A model generated the notes under the pieces. That model did no database searches and had not been told where the DNA came from. It was given only the letters and a program-made list of their open reading frames with translations. Source: Natronospirales bacterium (GTDB lineage Bacteria > Pseudomonadota > Gammaproteobacteria > Natronospirales > REEB76). From it: 64,000 nucleotides of DNA. Positions 1 to 10,647 of the stretch are shown piece after piece. The DNA is taken from assembly GCA_021816765.1 (NCBI GenBank), contig JAKAXB010000001.1:170929-234928 (forward strand). The letters run 5' to 3'. The translations under genes were made by a program, and so were the position numbers. Numbering within the stretch: the stretch's first letter is position 1; the number at the start of each line of letters is the position of its first letter.

Positions 1-1
1 G

Positions 2-832
2 CCGTTTACCATCATGGCGGCGCTGCTTTCCGGCCGCTACACGCCCGACACCGTTATTGACACGGCGCCGGGTTTCTATGAGGTGGGGGGCTATACCATT
101 CGGGACGACAGCGATTACGGCGCCATCAATCTCACCACCATCTTGGAGAAATCCAGCAACGTCGGCGCGAGCAAAATCGCGCTGTCGCTGCAACCGCAAC
201 TGCTGTATCAGACGCTGACGAATTTCGGTTTCGGCCGCGTGAGCGACAGTGGGTTCCCCGGCGAAGTGGCGGGCTCGCTGCCTGCGTACCAGTCCTGGAG
301 CGAGGCACGCCAGGCGACCATAGCCTACGGTTACGGTGTCGCGGTTACTGCCCTGCAATTGGCGGATGCTTACGACATCATTGCTGACAACGGCATGCAT
401 TATCCGCCGACGTTTGTGCACCTGGACGCACCGCCCGTCGGCCGGCGTGTGGTCCCCGCACGTTACGCCGTCACGCTGCGCGACATGCTGGAGACGGTGG
501 TTTCGGACCAGGGCACCGGCGAACTCGCTTCCGTGGCGGGTTATCACGTGGCGGGTAAGACCGGTACTGCGCATATCGCCGAGAACGGCGGTTATTCCGC
601 CAACAGCTATATGTCGGTGTTCTGCGGCATGGCCCCCGCCACGGATCCGCGTCTGGTCACAGTGGTGGTCATCAAACGGCCGAGCCGCGGCCAGTATTAT
701 GGTGGCCTGGTTTCGGCCCCGGTGTTTGCACGTGTCATGACCGGAGCCCTGCGGCTGCTGGATGTCCCACCGGATGATCTGGCCAACCTCACCACCACCG
801 CCTACGTGGTGAATCTGGGGCATGCCTCGTGA
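2..832 (+). CDS. ftsI: Peptidoglycan D,D-transpeptidase FtsI (PBP3), C-terminal part; 5' end lies outside the window
   Basis: Transpeptidase-domain sequence with KTG motif (HVAGKTGTAH). ORF is open to the window edge. GTGA stop/start overlap with murE. dcw gene order. Confidence 0.9.
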   Translation, partial: PFTIMAALLSGRYTPDTVIDTAPGFYEVGGYTIRDDSDYGAINLTTILEKSSNVGASKIALSLQPQLLYQTLTNFGFGRVSDSGFPGEVAGSLPAYQSWSEARQATIAYGYGVAVTALQLADAYDIIADNGMHYPPTFVHLDAPPVGRRVVPARYAVTLRDMLETVVSDQGTGELASVAGYHVAGKTGTAHIAENGGYSANSYMSVFCGMAPATDPRLVTVVVIKRPSRGQYYGGLVSAPVFARVMTGALRLLDVPPDDLANLTTTAYVVNLGHAS

Positions 833-2346
833 GCGTGTGGGCGCAAAATCCCGGCGGCGTGCGCATCAGGGAACTGCTGCGTGGCGAGGCGGATGTGTCG
901 CCTGAACGCGACCTGCTGGTGCCGGGGCTGGCCATGGACAGCCGCGGGATACGCGCAGGCTATCTGTTTCTCGCCTGCCGCGGCCATGATCATCACGCTC
1001 TCAGGCATCTGACCGACGCGCGCGCACGCGGCGCCGTGGCCGTGGCCTATGATCCCGAGGACGCGGTGGAATTTCTGCCCGCACTCAAGGGGTTTCCGGC
1101 GTTTGCGATTCGCAGTCTTGGCCAGCGTGCAGGTTATATTGCCGCACGCTTCTATGCCGATCCCTCCGCCAGCCAGCAGGTGATGGCGGTCACCGGTACC
1201 AACGGCAAGACATCCGTGAGTGTTATTACCGCCCAGGCTCTTACGGAGCTGGGCAAACCCTGCGGGATACTGGGCACACTCGGTTACGGTGTGTACGACA
1301 CACTGGAAACACCGACCCATACCACGCCGGATGCGGTCAGTGTGCAGCAGTGGCTCGCCCATTTCCATGCGCGCCGCGCGCAGTACGTCAGCATGGAGGC
1401 ATCCAGCCATGCCTTGGATCAGGGACGCTTGAACGGTGTGCACCTGAAGGTGGCCGTATTCACCAACCTGACCCGTGATCATCTGGATTACCACGGCGGC
1501 ATGGAACAGTACGGCGCGGCGAAACGCCGGCTGTTCGAGTCTCCGGGACTCAGGCACGCCGTTGTCAATCTGGATGATGCTTTCGGCTCGGAACTGGCGC
1601 GCACGCTGCTGCGTGGCGTTGACTGCATCGGGTATTCGCTTCAGGACGCGCGCCTGAGTCAGGGCGGAACCCTGCGTGCCATGCATCTGGAATTGCATTC
1701 CGGCGGTATGGAATTCGACGTGGACGGCGATTTCGGCCATGGCCATATCGAGGTCCGACTGCTCGGCGGTTTCAACGTCCGGAATCTGCTGGCGGTGCTG
1801 GGCGTGCTGCTGGCGCTGGAAATTCCCTTTGCGGATGCATTACGCGCCGTGAGCCATGCGCGCACCGTGCCCGGCCGTATGGAATGCTTCGGCGGCGGCA
1901 CCCTGCAGCCGCTGGTAGTGGTGGATTACGCGCACACCCCGGATGCGCTGGAGAAGGCGCTCATCGCCGCGCGTGCCCATTGCCGTGGGCGGTTGTGGTG
2001 TGTGTTCGGCTGTGGCGGTGAACGCGACCGCGGCAAACGCCCACAGATGGGCGCCATCGCCGAACGGCTGGCGGAGTGCGTGATCATCACCGACGACAAC
2101 CCGCGCCATGAGGACGGTGATGCCATCATTGCGGAAATTCTCGCCGGCATCCGCGATCGCAGCCGCGTGCAGGTACAGCGCGACCGCACACGCGCGGTTA
2201 CCCAGGCAATTCACGCCGCCGCGCCGGGCGACGTGGCGCTGGTGGCCGGCAAGGGGCACGAAACCTGCCAGGTTATCGGCGACGACAGCCTGCCATACAG
2301 TGATCGCGACACAGTGCGCGCAGTGCTTGAGAAGGTGCGGGCATGA
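829..2346 (+). CDS. murE: UDP-N-acetylmuramoyl-L-alanyl-D-glutamate--2,6-diaminopimelate ligase
   Basis: 505-aa Mur ligase with P-loop VTGTNGKTS. Position after ftsI. GTG start overlaps the ftsI stop. Confidence 0.95.
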   Translation: MSVWAQNPGGVRIRELLRGEADVSPERDLLVPGLAMDSRGIRAGYLFLACRGHDHHALRHLTDARARGAVAVAYDPEDAVEFLPALKGFPAFAIRSLGQRAGYIAARFYADPSASQQVMAVTGTNGKTSVSVITAQALTELGKPCGILGTLGYGVYDTLETPTHTTPDAVSVQQWLAHFHARRAQYVSMEASSHALDQGRLNGVHLKVAVFTNLTRDHLDYHGGMEQYGAAKRRLFESPGLRHAVVNLDDAFGSELARTLLRGVDCIGYSLQDARLSQGGTLRAMHLELHSGGMEFDVDGDFGHGHIEVRLLGGFNVRNLLAVLGVLLALEIPFADALRAVSHARTVPGRMECFGGGTLQPLVVVDYAHTPDALEKALIAARAHCRGRLWCVFGCGGERDRGKRPQMGAIAERLAECVIITDDNPRHEDGDAIIAEILAGIRDRSRVQVQRDRTRAVTQAIHAAAPGDVALVAGKGHETCQVIGDDSLPYSDRDTVRAVLEKVRA

Positions 2347-3725
2347 GTACCCGCCGGCTCTCCGAGGTGGCGGCCGTGACCGGCGGCAAATTGGTGGGCG
2401 CCGACCGGGAATTTCTGCGTGTCGGCACCGACACGCGCAAGCTCATGGCGAGTGAGCTGTATGTGGCGCTGCGGGGAGCGCACTTCAACGGCCATGAATT
2501 CGTCACCCAGGCCGAAAAACTGGGCGCCGCCGCTGCGTTGGTGGAACACCCCGTGCCTTGCCATCTGCCGCAGGTGGTGGTGCGCGACACCCGCCGGGCG
2601 CTGGGCGCCTATGCCGCTCATTGGCGCGGCGATTTCAGCATCCCGGTGATCGGCGTCACCGGCTCCAACGGCAAGACCACGGTCAAGGAAATGATCGCCA
2701 GCATCCTGCGTCGCCGCGGGGCAACGCTTGCGACCCGCGGTAACATGAACAACGACATCGGTCTGCCGCTCACGCTGCTGGAATTGAATGAGCAGCATCG
2801 CGCCGCAGTCATTGAAATGGGCACCAACCATCCCGGCGAGATTGAATATCTGGCGCGGCTGACCGCCGCCAGCGTGGGCGTGGTGACCAATGCCGGCCCC
2901 GCCCATCTGGAGGCGCTCGGCAGCGTACAGGGTGTGGCGCTGGAAAAAGGCGCGCTGTTTGCCGCGTTGCGCCCCACGGGTGTGGCCGTCATCAATGCGG
3001 ACGATGCCCAGGCATCCCTGTGGCGGGGCATGGCCGGTTCGCGCGTGCAGCGCAGTTTTGGCCTGACCGAAGCAGCGGACTTTCATGCGCAGCCCGATTC
3101 ACTCAAACAGTTGCCGACCGGCGTGTGGGAATTCCGACTGGTGTCACCGCTGGGGGAAACCGCCATTCACCTGTCGCTGCCCGGCAGGCACAACGTGCTC
3201 AATGCGCTCGCCGCCGCCGCCGCCGCCACGGCCGCCGGCGCCACCCTGGAAGAGGTAAGCAGCGGTCTTGCCAACACGCCGCTGACCGCCGGCCGGCTGA
3301 TAGTCGTGCCTGGGATGCGTGCCTGCCGCCTTATTGATGACAGCTACAACGCCAATCCGCTGTCCCTCAGGGTGGCCATGGAATTCGCCCTGAGTCTGGG
3401 CGACCCCGTATGGCTGGTGTTGGGGGATATGGGTGAGTTGGGTGACCGCGCGGCGGCGTTGCATGCGGAGTGCGGTGCGCTGGCCAGACAGCTTGGCATT
3501 GTGCGCCTGATCAGCTTCGGCAGCCTGAGCCTGCACGCAACGGAACGGTTCGGCGCGGGGGCGGAACATTTCCTGGACCGGGAAGCGCTTGTCAGCGCTT
3601 TGCGCACCGAATTACGCCACGGAATCACGCTGCTGATCAAGGGCTCGCGCAGCATGCGCATGGAGCACGTGGTGGAAGCCCTGCGTGAACAACAGGCCGT
3701 GGGAAAGGCTGTAAACGGGAGTTGA
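2343..3725 (+). CDS. murF: UDP-N-acetylmuramoyl-tripeptide--D-alanyl-D-alanine ligase
   Basis: 460-aa Mur ligase with P-loop GVTGSNGKTT. ATGA overlap with murE. dcw order. Confidence 0.95.
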   Translation: MSTRRLSEVAAVTGGKLVGADREFLRVGTDTRKLMASELYVALRGAHFNGHEFVTQAEKLGAAAALVEHPVPCHLPQVVVRDTRRALGAYAAHWRGDFSIPVIGVTGSNGKTTVKEMIASILRRRGATLATRGNMNNDIGLPLTLLELNEQHRAAVIEMGTNHPGEIEYLARLTAASVGVVTNAGPAHLEALGSVQGVALEKGALFAALRPTGVAVINADDAQASLWRGMAGSRVQRSFGLTEAADFHAQPDSLKQLPTGVWEFRLVSPLGETAIHLSLPGRHNVLNALAAAAAATAAGATLEEVSSGLANTPLTAGRLIVVPGMRACRLIDDSYNANPLSLRVAMEFALSLGDPVWLVLGDMGELGDRAAALHAECGALARQLGIVRLISFGSLSLHATERFGAGAEHFLDREALVSALRTELRHGITLLIKGSRSMRMEHVVEALREQQAVGKAVNGS

Positions 3726-3728
3726 ACC

Positions 3729-4811
3729 ATGCTGCTTTTCCTCACCGAATACCTGACGCGCTACTACTCGGTATTCAATGTATTTTCCTATCTCACGTTT
3801 CGCGCCATCCTCGGCGTGCTCACTGCGCTGCTATTCTCGTTCATCACCGGACCGAGCGTGATCCGGCGGCTGACCTCCTATCAGATCGGCCAGAGCGTGC
3901 GCAATGACGGTCCCCAGTCGCACCTGTCCAAAGCGGGCACACCCACCATGGGCGGCGCCATGATCCTGGTCACCATCATTGTCACCACGCTGCTGTGGTC
4001 GGACCTGCGCAATCGTTACGTGTGGATACTCATCGGCGTTACCTTCGCTTTCGGCCTCATAGGTTTCGCCGATGACTACAAGAAACTGGTGCTGCGTAAC
4101 TCCCGGGGGATGTCGGCCAGCAGCAAATATTTCTGGCAGTCGCTGTTGGGTCTGGCGGTGGCTATCGCGCTGTATCTGAGCCATCGCGACAACAGTGAAA
4201 TTGATTACATCCTGCCCCTGCTGAAGCATGTATCCGTTTCGTTGGGTGGTTTCTTCATCCTCATCACCTATTTCGTGGTGGTGGGTATGAGCAACGCGGT
4301 CAATCTCACCGACGGCCTGGACGGCCTCGCCATCATGCCGGCGGTCATGGTGGGCGGTGCGCTCGGCGTGTTCGGCTACGCCTCGGGCAATTTCGTATTC
4401 GCCCATTACCTCACCATCCCCTATCTCCCCGGTGCCGGCGAAGTGGTGGTGTTCTGCGGTGCACTGGTGGGCGCGGGGCTCGGTTTCCTCTGGTTCAACG
4501 CCTATCCGGCGCAGGTATTCATGGGCGATGTGGGCGCGCTGGCGCTGGGGGCTGCGCTCGGCACCTTGGGGGTCATCGTGCGCCAGGAAATCGTGCTGTT
4601 CATCATGGGCGGCGTATTCGTGATGGAAACCGTCTCGGTGATCCTGCAGGTGACGTCCTTCAAGCTCACCGGCCGGCGCATCTTCCGCATGGCGCCGCTG
4701 CATCATCACTTTGAATTGAAGGGCTGGCCGGAACCGCGCGTCATCGTGCGCTTCTGGATCGTCACGGTGATTCTGGTGCTCATCGGCCTGTCCACCCTCA
4801 AGGTGCGCTGA
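3729..4811 (+). CDS. mraY: Phospho-N-acetylmuramoyl-pentapeptide transferase
   Basis: 360-aa polytopic membrane protein with MraY signature [13 protein letters not shown]. dcw order. Confidence 0.95.
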   Translation: MLLFLTEYLTRYYSVFNVFSYLTFRAILGVLTALLFSFITGPSVIRRLTSYQIGQSVRNDGPQSHLSKAGTPTMGGAMILVTIIVTTLLWSDLRNRYVWILIGVTFAFGLIGFADDYKKLVLRNSRGMSASSKYFWQSLLGLAVAIALYLSHRDNSEIDYILPLLKHVSVSLGGFFILITYFVVVGMSNAVNLTDGLDGLAIMPAVMVGGALGVFGYASGNFVFAHYLTIPYLPGAGEVVVFCGALVGAGLGFLWFNAYPAQVFMGDVGALALGAALGTLGVIVRQEIVLFIMGGVFVMETVSVILQVTSFKLTGRRIFRMAPLHHHFELKGWPEPRVIVRFWIVTVILVLIGLSTLKVR

Positions 4812-4824
4812 GGAGGCGCCACGC

Positions 4825-6168
4825 ATGCACATGCCGCAGCACAGAATGAAGACGCTCATCGTCGGCCTCGGCAAAACCGGGCTGTCATGCGCGCGCTTCC
4901 TGGCTGACCGTGGCATGGAGGTGGCGGTCACCGACAGCCGCGAGCGTCCTCCCGGCCTCAAGGAATTGCGCAACACCCTGCCGGGTGCGGCGGTGTTTGT
5001 GGGCGGTTTTTCCGAGGAGGCGCTCAGGCACGCGGATCAGGTGGTGATTTCCCCCGGCATCGCCGTGGATACGCCGTTCCTTGCCAAGGCGCGTGTCCTG
5101 GGCCTGCCGCTGCTGGGCGACATCGAATTGTTCGCGCATGCGGTGCATGCACCGGTAGTGGGCATCACCGGCGCCAACGGCAAGAGCACGGTAACGACGC
5201 TGGTGGGACGCATGGCGGAGCGCGCCGGCCGCGAGGTACGCGTGGGCGGAAATCTCGGTACGCCGGCCTTGGAGCTGGTCCGGGAAAAGGAACCGCAGCT
5301 GTACGTGCTGGAACTGTCCAGTTTCCAGCTGGAGCTCACCGTGTCGTTGCACTGCGTGGCGGCGACCGTGCTCAACATCTCGCCGGACCACATGGATCGT
5401 TATGCCGCGCTTGCGGACTACGCCGCTGCCAAGGCGCGCATCTTTGCCCACTGCGATGTGGCGGTGGTGAACCGTGACGATGCCGTGGTGCGCGCCATGC
5501 CCAAGGCGGGCCAGAGGCAGGCAAGTTTCGGCCTGCAGACTCCGACCGGCCACAATTACGGCGTGGTGATGCACGCGAGCGAACGCTGGCTCGCGCGCGG
5601 CAGTGAACGCCTGCTACGCATCAGTGAATTGCGCATCCGCGGCGATCACAACGCGGCGAATGCGCTGGCGGCTCTCGCTCTCGGCGAAGCAGCGGGTCTG
5701 CCGATGGAGGCGATGCTTGTCGCGCTCAGGGAATTCCACGGTCTGCCTCATCGCATGGAATATATCGCGGCGGTGAACGGCGTGAGCTGGTATGACGACT
5801 CCAAGGGCACCAATGTGGGCGCGACCCTGGCGGCTGTATCGGGTCTCTCCGGCCCGCTGGTGATGATTGCCGGTGGTGACGGCAAGAACCAGGATTTCAA
5901 ACCACTGGCTGACGCACTGCCGGGCAGGGCGCGTGCCGTGGTGCTGCTGGGCAAGGATGCGGTTGCAATTGAACAGGCGATTGCCGGCCGTGTGCCGCTG
6001 CGGCAGGTGAAGGACATGGACACCGCCGTACAGGTCGCGGCCAGGCTCGCCCAACCGGGTGATGTGGTGCTGCTGTCGCCCGCCTGCTCCAGCCTTGACA
6101 TGTTCGACAATTTCGAACACCGCGGCCGGGTATTCGCCGCCGCCGTACGGAGGCTCGCCCATGGCTGA
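4825..6168 (+). CDS. murD: UDP-N-acetylmuramoylalanine--D-glutamate ligase
   Basis: 447 aa with N-terminal GLGKTG and P-loop GITGANGKST. RBS GAGGAGG lies 8 nt upstream of ATG 4825. Confidence 0.95.
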   Translation: MHMPQHRMKTLIVGLGKTGLSCARFLADRGMEVAVTDSRERPPGLKELRNTLPGAAVFVGGFSEEALRHADQVVISPGIAVDTPFLAKARVLGLPLLGDIELFAHAVHAPVVGITGANGKSTVTTLVGRMAERAGREVRVGGNLGTPALELVREKEPQLYVLELSSFQLELTVSLHCVAATVLNISPDHMDRYAALADYAAAKARIFAHCDVAVVNRDDAVVRAMPKAGQRQASFGLQTPTGHNYGVVMHASERWLARGSERLLRISELRIRGDHNAANALAALALGEAAGLPMEAMLVALREFHGLPHRMEYIAAVNGVSWYDDSKGTNVGATLAAVSGLSGPLVMIAGGDGKNQDFKPLADALPGRARAVVLLGKDAVAIEQAIAGRVPLRQVKDMDTAVQVAARLAQPGDVVLLSPACSSLDMFDNFEHRGRVFAAAVRRLAHG

Positions 6169-7327
6169 AATAAAACCCATTGCCGGTGGCGATATTGCAC
6201 ACATACCGGACCGCATACTGCTCATGACGGCGGCGGTGATCCTGGCCGTCGGTCTGGTGATGGTGGGCTCCGCTTCCATCACCCTGGCCGACAAGCTGAC
6301 CGGCAATCCGTTCTATTATCTTGAGCGCCAGCTGGCCTATGCGGTGCTGGGCTTCGGCCTCGGCGTCGCCGCATACTGGTTGCCGCTCGCCTGGTGGCAG
6401 CGCAGCAGTTATCTGCTGCTGATTCTGGCGTTTGCACTGCTTGCCGTGGTACTGGTACCCGGCATCGGCCGGCAGGTGAACGGCAGCATCCGCTGGGTGG
6501 TGCTGGGCCCGTTCCGGCTGCAGGTATCGGAGCCGGCGCGGCTGCTTATCCTTATATATATCGCCAGTTACATTGTCCGCCGCCAAACGGAACTGGCGGC
6601 GCATTTCATGGGTTACCTCAAACCCATGCTGCTGCTGGCCTTCGCCGCCTTGCTGCTGCTGGGGGAGCCGGATTTCGGCGCCGCCACGGTGCTCATCGTC
6701 ACTGCCATGGCCATGCTGTTCTTTGGCGGCGCGCGTTTGCGGGATTTCATTCTGTTTACGGTGCTGGGTGTGATCGGCTTCGTGACGCTGGCCGTGGCTT
6801 CACCCTACCGCCTCGAGCGTATCACCGGTTTCCTGCATCCCTGGAGTCATCCCTTCGACAGCGGCTTTCAGCTAACCCAGTCGCTCATCGCCTTCGGGCG
6901 TGGCGGATTCTTCGGTGTGGGATTGGGCGAAAGCGTGCAGAAACTTTTCTATTTGCCGGAAGCCTACACCGACTTCCTGTTCGCGGTACTCGCCGAGGAG
7001 CTTGGACTGCTGGGTTGTCTCGCCGTGCTTGCCCTGTTTCTCGTGTTCACCTGGCGCGCCATTGTCATCGCGCGGCGTGCGGCACAGCAGGGCCAGATAT
7101 TCGGCGCCCATCTCGCCTTCGGTCTGGGTCTGTGGATTGGATTGCAGGCGTTCATCAACATGGGTGTGAACATGGGTCTGCTGCCCACCAAAGGCTTGAC
7201 GCTGCCGCTCATGAGCTACGGCGGCAGCAGCTTGGTGGTGGTGTGCGCCGCCATCGGCCTCATTCTGCGCGTGGACCGCGAAACCCGCGCCGGGCGTTCC
7301 TGGCTGGAAAAGGCCATGACTGCATGA
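6161..7327 (+). CDS. ftsW: SEDS-family cell-division peptidoglycan polymerase FtsW
   Basis: Multi-TM SEDS protein. I moved the start from the track ORF (6059) to ATG 6161, which overlaps the murD stop (ATGGCTGA). The upstream extension is Cys/Pro-rich junk. Confidence 0.9.
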   Translation: MAEIKPIAGGDIAHIPDRILLMTAAVILAVGLVMVGSASITLADKLTGNPFYYLERQLAYAVLGFGLGVAAYWLPLAWWQRSSYLLLILAFALLAVVLVPGIGRQVNGSIRWVVLGPFRLQVSEPARLLILIYIASYIVRRQTELAAHFMGYLKPMLLLAFAALLLLGEPDFGAATVLIVTAMAMLFFGGARLRDFILFTVLGVIGFVTLAVASPYRLERITGFLHPWSHPFDSGFQLTQSLIAFGRGGFFGVGLGESVQKLFYLPEAYTDFLFAVLAEELGLLGCLAVLALFLVFTWRAIVIARRAAQQGQIFGAHLAFGLGLWIGLQAFINMGVNMGLLPTKGLTLPLMSYGGSSLVVVCAAIGLILRVDRETRAGRSWLEKAMTA

Positions 7328-7355
7328 TGGTTCTGTATTGGAAAGAGACGGAGGT

Positions 7356-8432
7356 ATGAAGATCGTGATCATGGCGGGCGGTACCGGCGGTCATGTCTTT
7401 CCCGCGCTTGCGGTGGCGGACGTACTGCATGCGCGCGGCCATGAGGTCGCCTGGATCGGTACGCGCCAGGGATTGGAAGCGAGCGTGGTGCCCGCCGCCG
7501 GTATTCCCATGGCATGGATCGAAGTAGGCGGCCTGCGCGGCAAGGGCATGGCCACGCTGCTGCAGTCACCCTGGAGAATTGCGCGCGCCCTGGCACAGGC
7601 GCTCGGTATCTTCCGGCGCCTGCGTCCGGCGGCGGCGCTCGGCATGGGCGGCTTTGCCAGCGGACCCGGCGGCCTCGCAGCAAGGCTTGGAGGCTGCCCC
7701 CTGGTGCTGCATGAACAGAACGCGGTGCCGGGTATGACCAACCGCATCCTGAGTCATGTCGCCACGCGCGTGCTGGAGGGTTTTCCCGGCAGTTTTGCAT
7801 CCTCACGGCAGGGGGAATACGTGGGTAATCCGGTGCGCGCGAGCATCGCGGCGTTGCCGCCACCGGAAATACGCTTGGCCGCACGCAGCGGAAAACCGCG
7901 CCTGCTGGTCATCGGCGGCAGCCAAGGTGCACAGGTGCTCAATGATTGCGTACCGCAAGTCTTGGTACGGCTCGATGCGGCGCTGCGTCCCGAAGTATGG
8001 CATCAGACAGGCGCACGCGATGCACAGAGCGTTGCGGCCGCCTATCAGGCGTACGGGATACCGGCGCGTGTCGTGCCCTTCATTGAAGACATGGCGCAGG
8101 CTTATGCTTGGGCGGATTTGGCCCTGTGCCGTTCCGGGGCGCTCACCGTGGCGGAACTGGCGACGGTGGGGCTGGCTTCCGTGCTGGTACCGTTCGCGGC
8201 GGCGGTGGACGACCACCAGACCCGCAATGCGGAGTTCCTGGTGCAAGCGGCGGCGGCAGAACTGTTGCCGCAGATGCAACTTTCAGCGCAAACCCTGATC
8301 CCGGTGCTCGGCGGAATACTGGGCGACCGGCAGAGGCTCATGCAGATGGCGCGCCGCGCACGTGCGCTGGCCAAACCGGATGCGGCGGTGAAAGTCGCCG
8401 AGGCCTGCGTGCAGGCGGGAGGAGCGGTATGA
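7356..8432 (+). CDS. murG: Undecaprenyldiphospho-muramoylpentapeptide beta-N-acetylglucosaminyltransferase
   Basis: N-terminal [21 protein letters not shown] motif. ATG 7356 is preceded by GGAGG. dcw order. Confidence 0.95.
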   Translation: MKIVIMAGGTGGHVFPALAVADVLHARGHEVAWIGTRQGLEASVVPAAGIPMAWIEVGGLRGKGMATLLQSPWRIARALAQALGIFRRLRPAAALGMGGFASGPGGLAARLGGCPLVLHEQNAVPGMTNRILSHVATRVLEGFPGSFASSRQGEYVGNPVRASIAALPPPEIRLAARSGKPRLLVIGGSQGAQVLNDCVPQVLVRLDAALRPEVWHQTGARDAQSVAAAYQAYGIPARVVPFIEDMAQAYAWADLALCRSGALTVAELATVGLASVLVPFAAAVDDHQTRNAEFLVQAAAAELLPQMQLSAQTLIPVLGGILGDRQRLMQMARRARALAKPDAAVKVAEACVQAGGAV

Positions 8433-9868
8433 ACGATCTCATGCGGCGCATCCGTCATGTGCACTTCGTCGGCATCGGCGGCGCCGGTATGGGCGGTATC
8501 GCCGAAGTGTTCATCAATCTCGGTTACCGCGTCAGCGGTTCCGATCTCCGGGGAAACGCCATTACCCGGCGTCTGGCCGGCCTGGGTGCAGAGGTGCAGC
8601 TTGGCCACAGTGCGGAGAACCTGACCGACGCGGATGTGGTGGTGATGTCGAGCGCGGTAACCGGCGACAACGTGGAAGTGGCGACGGCACATGCGCGGCG
8701 CATCCCCGTGGTGCGGCGCGCGGAGATGCTGGCGGAACTCATGCGCTTCCGTTTTGGCATCGCCGTGGCCGGTACCCACGGCAAGACCACCACCACCAGC
8801 CTCGTGGCCAGTGTGCTCTCGGAAGGCGGCCTTGACCCCACCTTCATCATTGGCGGGCGGCTGATCAGCGCCGGCGCCAACGCGCGTCTGGGCACCGGCC
8901 GCTATCTGGTCGCGGAAGCGGATGAAAGCGATGCCTCGTTTCTGTATCTGCAGCCGCTTATCGCCGTGGTCACCAACATTGATGCGGATCATCTCGGCAC
9001 CTATGCGGGTGATTTCACCCGCCTGCGCAGTGCCTTCGTGGAATTTTTGCATCATCTGCCGTTTTACGGTCTGGCGGTGCTGTGTCTGGACGATGCGGAA
9101 GTGCGCGGCATATTGCCCGAGGTGGCGCGGCCCGTGGTCACGTACGGCATGAGTGAAACAGCGGATTTCCGTGCCGCTGACATCCGCCGTGAGGGGCGCC
9201 TGACCCACTTCAAGATGTGGAAACCGGGACAGCAAAAACCGCTCGACATCACGCTCAATCTTGCCGGCCGACACAACGTGCTGAATGCCCTGGCGGCGCT
9301 GGCGATCGCCCAGGACCTAGGTATCGCCGACACCGCCGTTGTGAAGGCACTCGCCGGCTTCCAGGGAGTGGGGCGCCGGTTCCAGATTCACGGCGATATC
9401 CGCATACCTTCCGGCACGGTGATGCTCGTGGATGACTACGGCCATCACCCGCGCGAGCTCGCCGCCACGCTGCAGGCAGCGCGCGAAGGCTGGCCCACGC
9501 GGCGGCTGGTGGTGGCGTTCCAGCCACACCGTTATACGCGCACCCGTGATCTCTTCGATGACTTCGCCGAAGTGCTGTCTCACACGGATGCACTGGTATT
9601 GCTCGAAGTGTATGCGGCCGGCGAGGCCGCCATCGCCGGCGCCGACGGACGCTCCCTGGCGCGCTCCATCCGCAACCGCGGACGCGTGGATCCGGTGTTC
9701 GTGGCGCGGGTGCAGGATCTGCCGGAAGCGCTCCGGGGCGTACTCAAGGACGGCGATTTGTTATTGACACTCGGTGCCGGCGATATCGGCAGCATGGCGG
9801 CGGAACTGCCGCGGCTGTTGATGGACAGACAAGCGACACAACCGGCAACAGCGGAGCGGAAACCGTGA
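8429..9868 (+). CDS. murC: UDP-N-acetylmuramate--L-alanine ligase
   Basis: [16 protein letters not shown] and [10 protein letters not shown] motifs. ATG 8429 overlaps the murG stop. The track ORF start at 8108 is an artefactual extension. Confidence 0.95.
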   Translation: MNDLMRRIRHVHFVGIGGAGMGGIAEVFINLGYRVSGSDLRGNAITRRLAGLGAEVQLGHSAENLTDADVVVMSSAVTGDNVEVATAHARRIPVVRRAEMLAELMRFRFGIAVAGTHGKTTTTSLVASVLSEGGLDPTFIIGGRLISAGANARLGTGRYLVAEADESDASFLYLQPLIAVVTNIDADHLGTYAGDFTRLRSAFVEFLHHLPFYGLAVLCLDDAEVRGILPEVARPVVTYGMSETADFRAADIRREGRLTHFKMWKPGQQKPLDITLNLAGRHNVLNALAALAIAQDLGIADTAVVKALAGFQGVGRRFQIHGDIRIPSGTVMLVDDYGHHPRELAATLQAAREGWPTRRLVVAFQPHRYTRTRDLFDDFAEVLSHTDALVLLEVYAAGEAAIAGADGRSLARSIRNRGRVDPVFVARVQDLPEALRGVLKDGDLLLTLGAGDIGSMAAELPRLLMDRQATQPATAERKP

Positions 9869-10647
9869 AGCGGCACACAGCCCGGCATGAAAACGGAATA
9901 CCGAGGCGACGGCGCCTGCTGCTCGCGGCGGGGGGGATGTTGATCGCGTTGACGCTGCTGGCGGCGCTCACCGCCTATTCCGCGAAACCGCTGCTGGCGG
10001 GGCCGGCACTTACGCAGTTGGTGGTCAGCGGACAGCTCAATCACGTGCGGCCGCAGGCGGTACGCGCGGCGGTGCTGCCGGTACTGGGAAACGGTTTCTT
10101 CAGTACCGATGTGGATACGGTACGGGCGGCGGTGGAGACACTGCCGTGGGTGGCAAGTGCGGCGGTACGGCGCAGTTGGCCACATACACTTTATATAGGC
10201 ATTACCGAGGAGGTGCCGGTGGCCCGCTGGAATACTGACGGCCTCATGGATGCGCGCGCCAAGGTGTTCGTGCATACCCAAAACAGCGAATGGGCAAGGC
10301 TGCCGCTTCTGGCCGGTGTGCACGGCAGCGAGCAGGACGTGCTGGCGGAATACAACACGTTCACCCCGCTGCTTGCACTACACGGCTTGGTGATCACGCA
10401 ACTGCGCGTGGACGCACGCGGCGACTCCACTGTGGAACTGAACGACGGCATCGAAGTACGCCTGGGCCGGGAGGATACGGAACTGCGTTTGGAGCGTTTC
10501 GCCGCAATCGCGCTGCCGACCCTGAACGAGAAACTCACGACGGTCGCCTACGTGGACATGCGTTACACCAATGGGTTTGCGGTGGGCTGGAAGACGGCCC
10601 CGGCGGCGGACGTCACACAAAGCAAAGAGGTTGGACCCAATGTCTAG
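9865..10647 (+). CDS. ftsQ: Cell division protein FtsQ
   Basis: 260 aa with a single N-terminal TM helix followed by a POTRA-like region. GTGA overlap with murC. Immediately precedes ftsA. Confidence 0.85.
   Translation: MKRHTARHENGIPRRRRLLLAAGGMLIALTLLAALTAYSAKPLLAGPALTQLVVSGQLNHVRPQAVRAAVLPVLGNGFFSTDVDTVRAAVETLPWVASAAVRRSWPHTLYIGITEEVPVARWNTDGLMDARAKVFVHTQNSEWARLPLLAGVHGSEQDVLAEYNTFTPLLALHGLVITQLRVDARGDSTVELNDGIEVRLGREDTELRLERFAAIALPTLNEKLTTVAYVDMRYTNGFAVGWKTAPAADVTQSKEVGPNV

Noticed and set aside
6059-6160. Upstream-extended starts given by the ORF track for ftsW (6059), murG (7338), murC (8108), ftsA (10571), lpxC (13272), M23 (14598), secA (15754), coaE (23043), pilB (26584), pilin 1 (45526), RAYT (47111), sucC (51303), bamD (56430) and pgeF (58013).
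   Set aside because: In each case a downstream ATG/GTG gives the conserved family N-terminus. It usually has an RBS or a stop/start overlap with the preceding gene. The extension overlaps the upstream gene or has junk composition.
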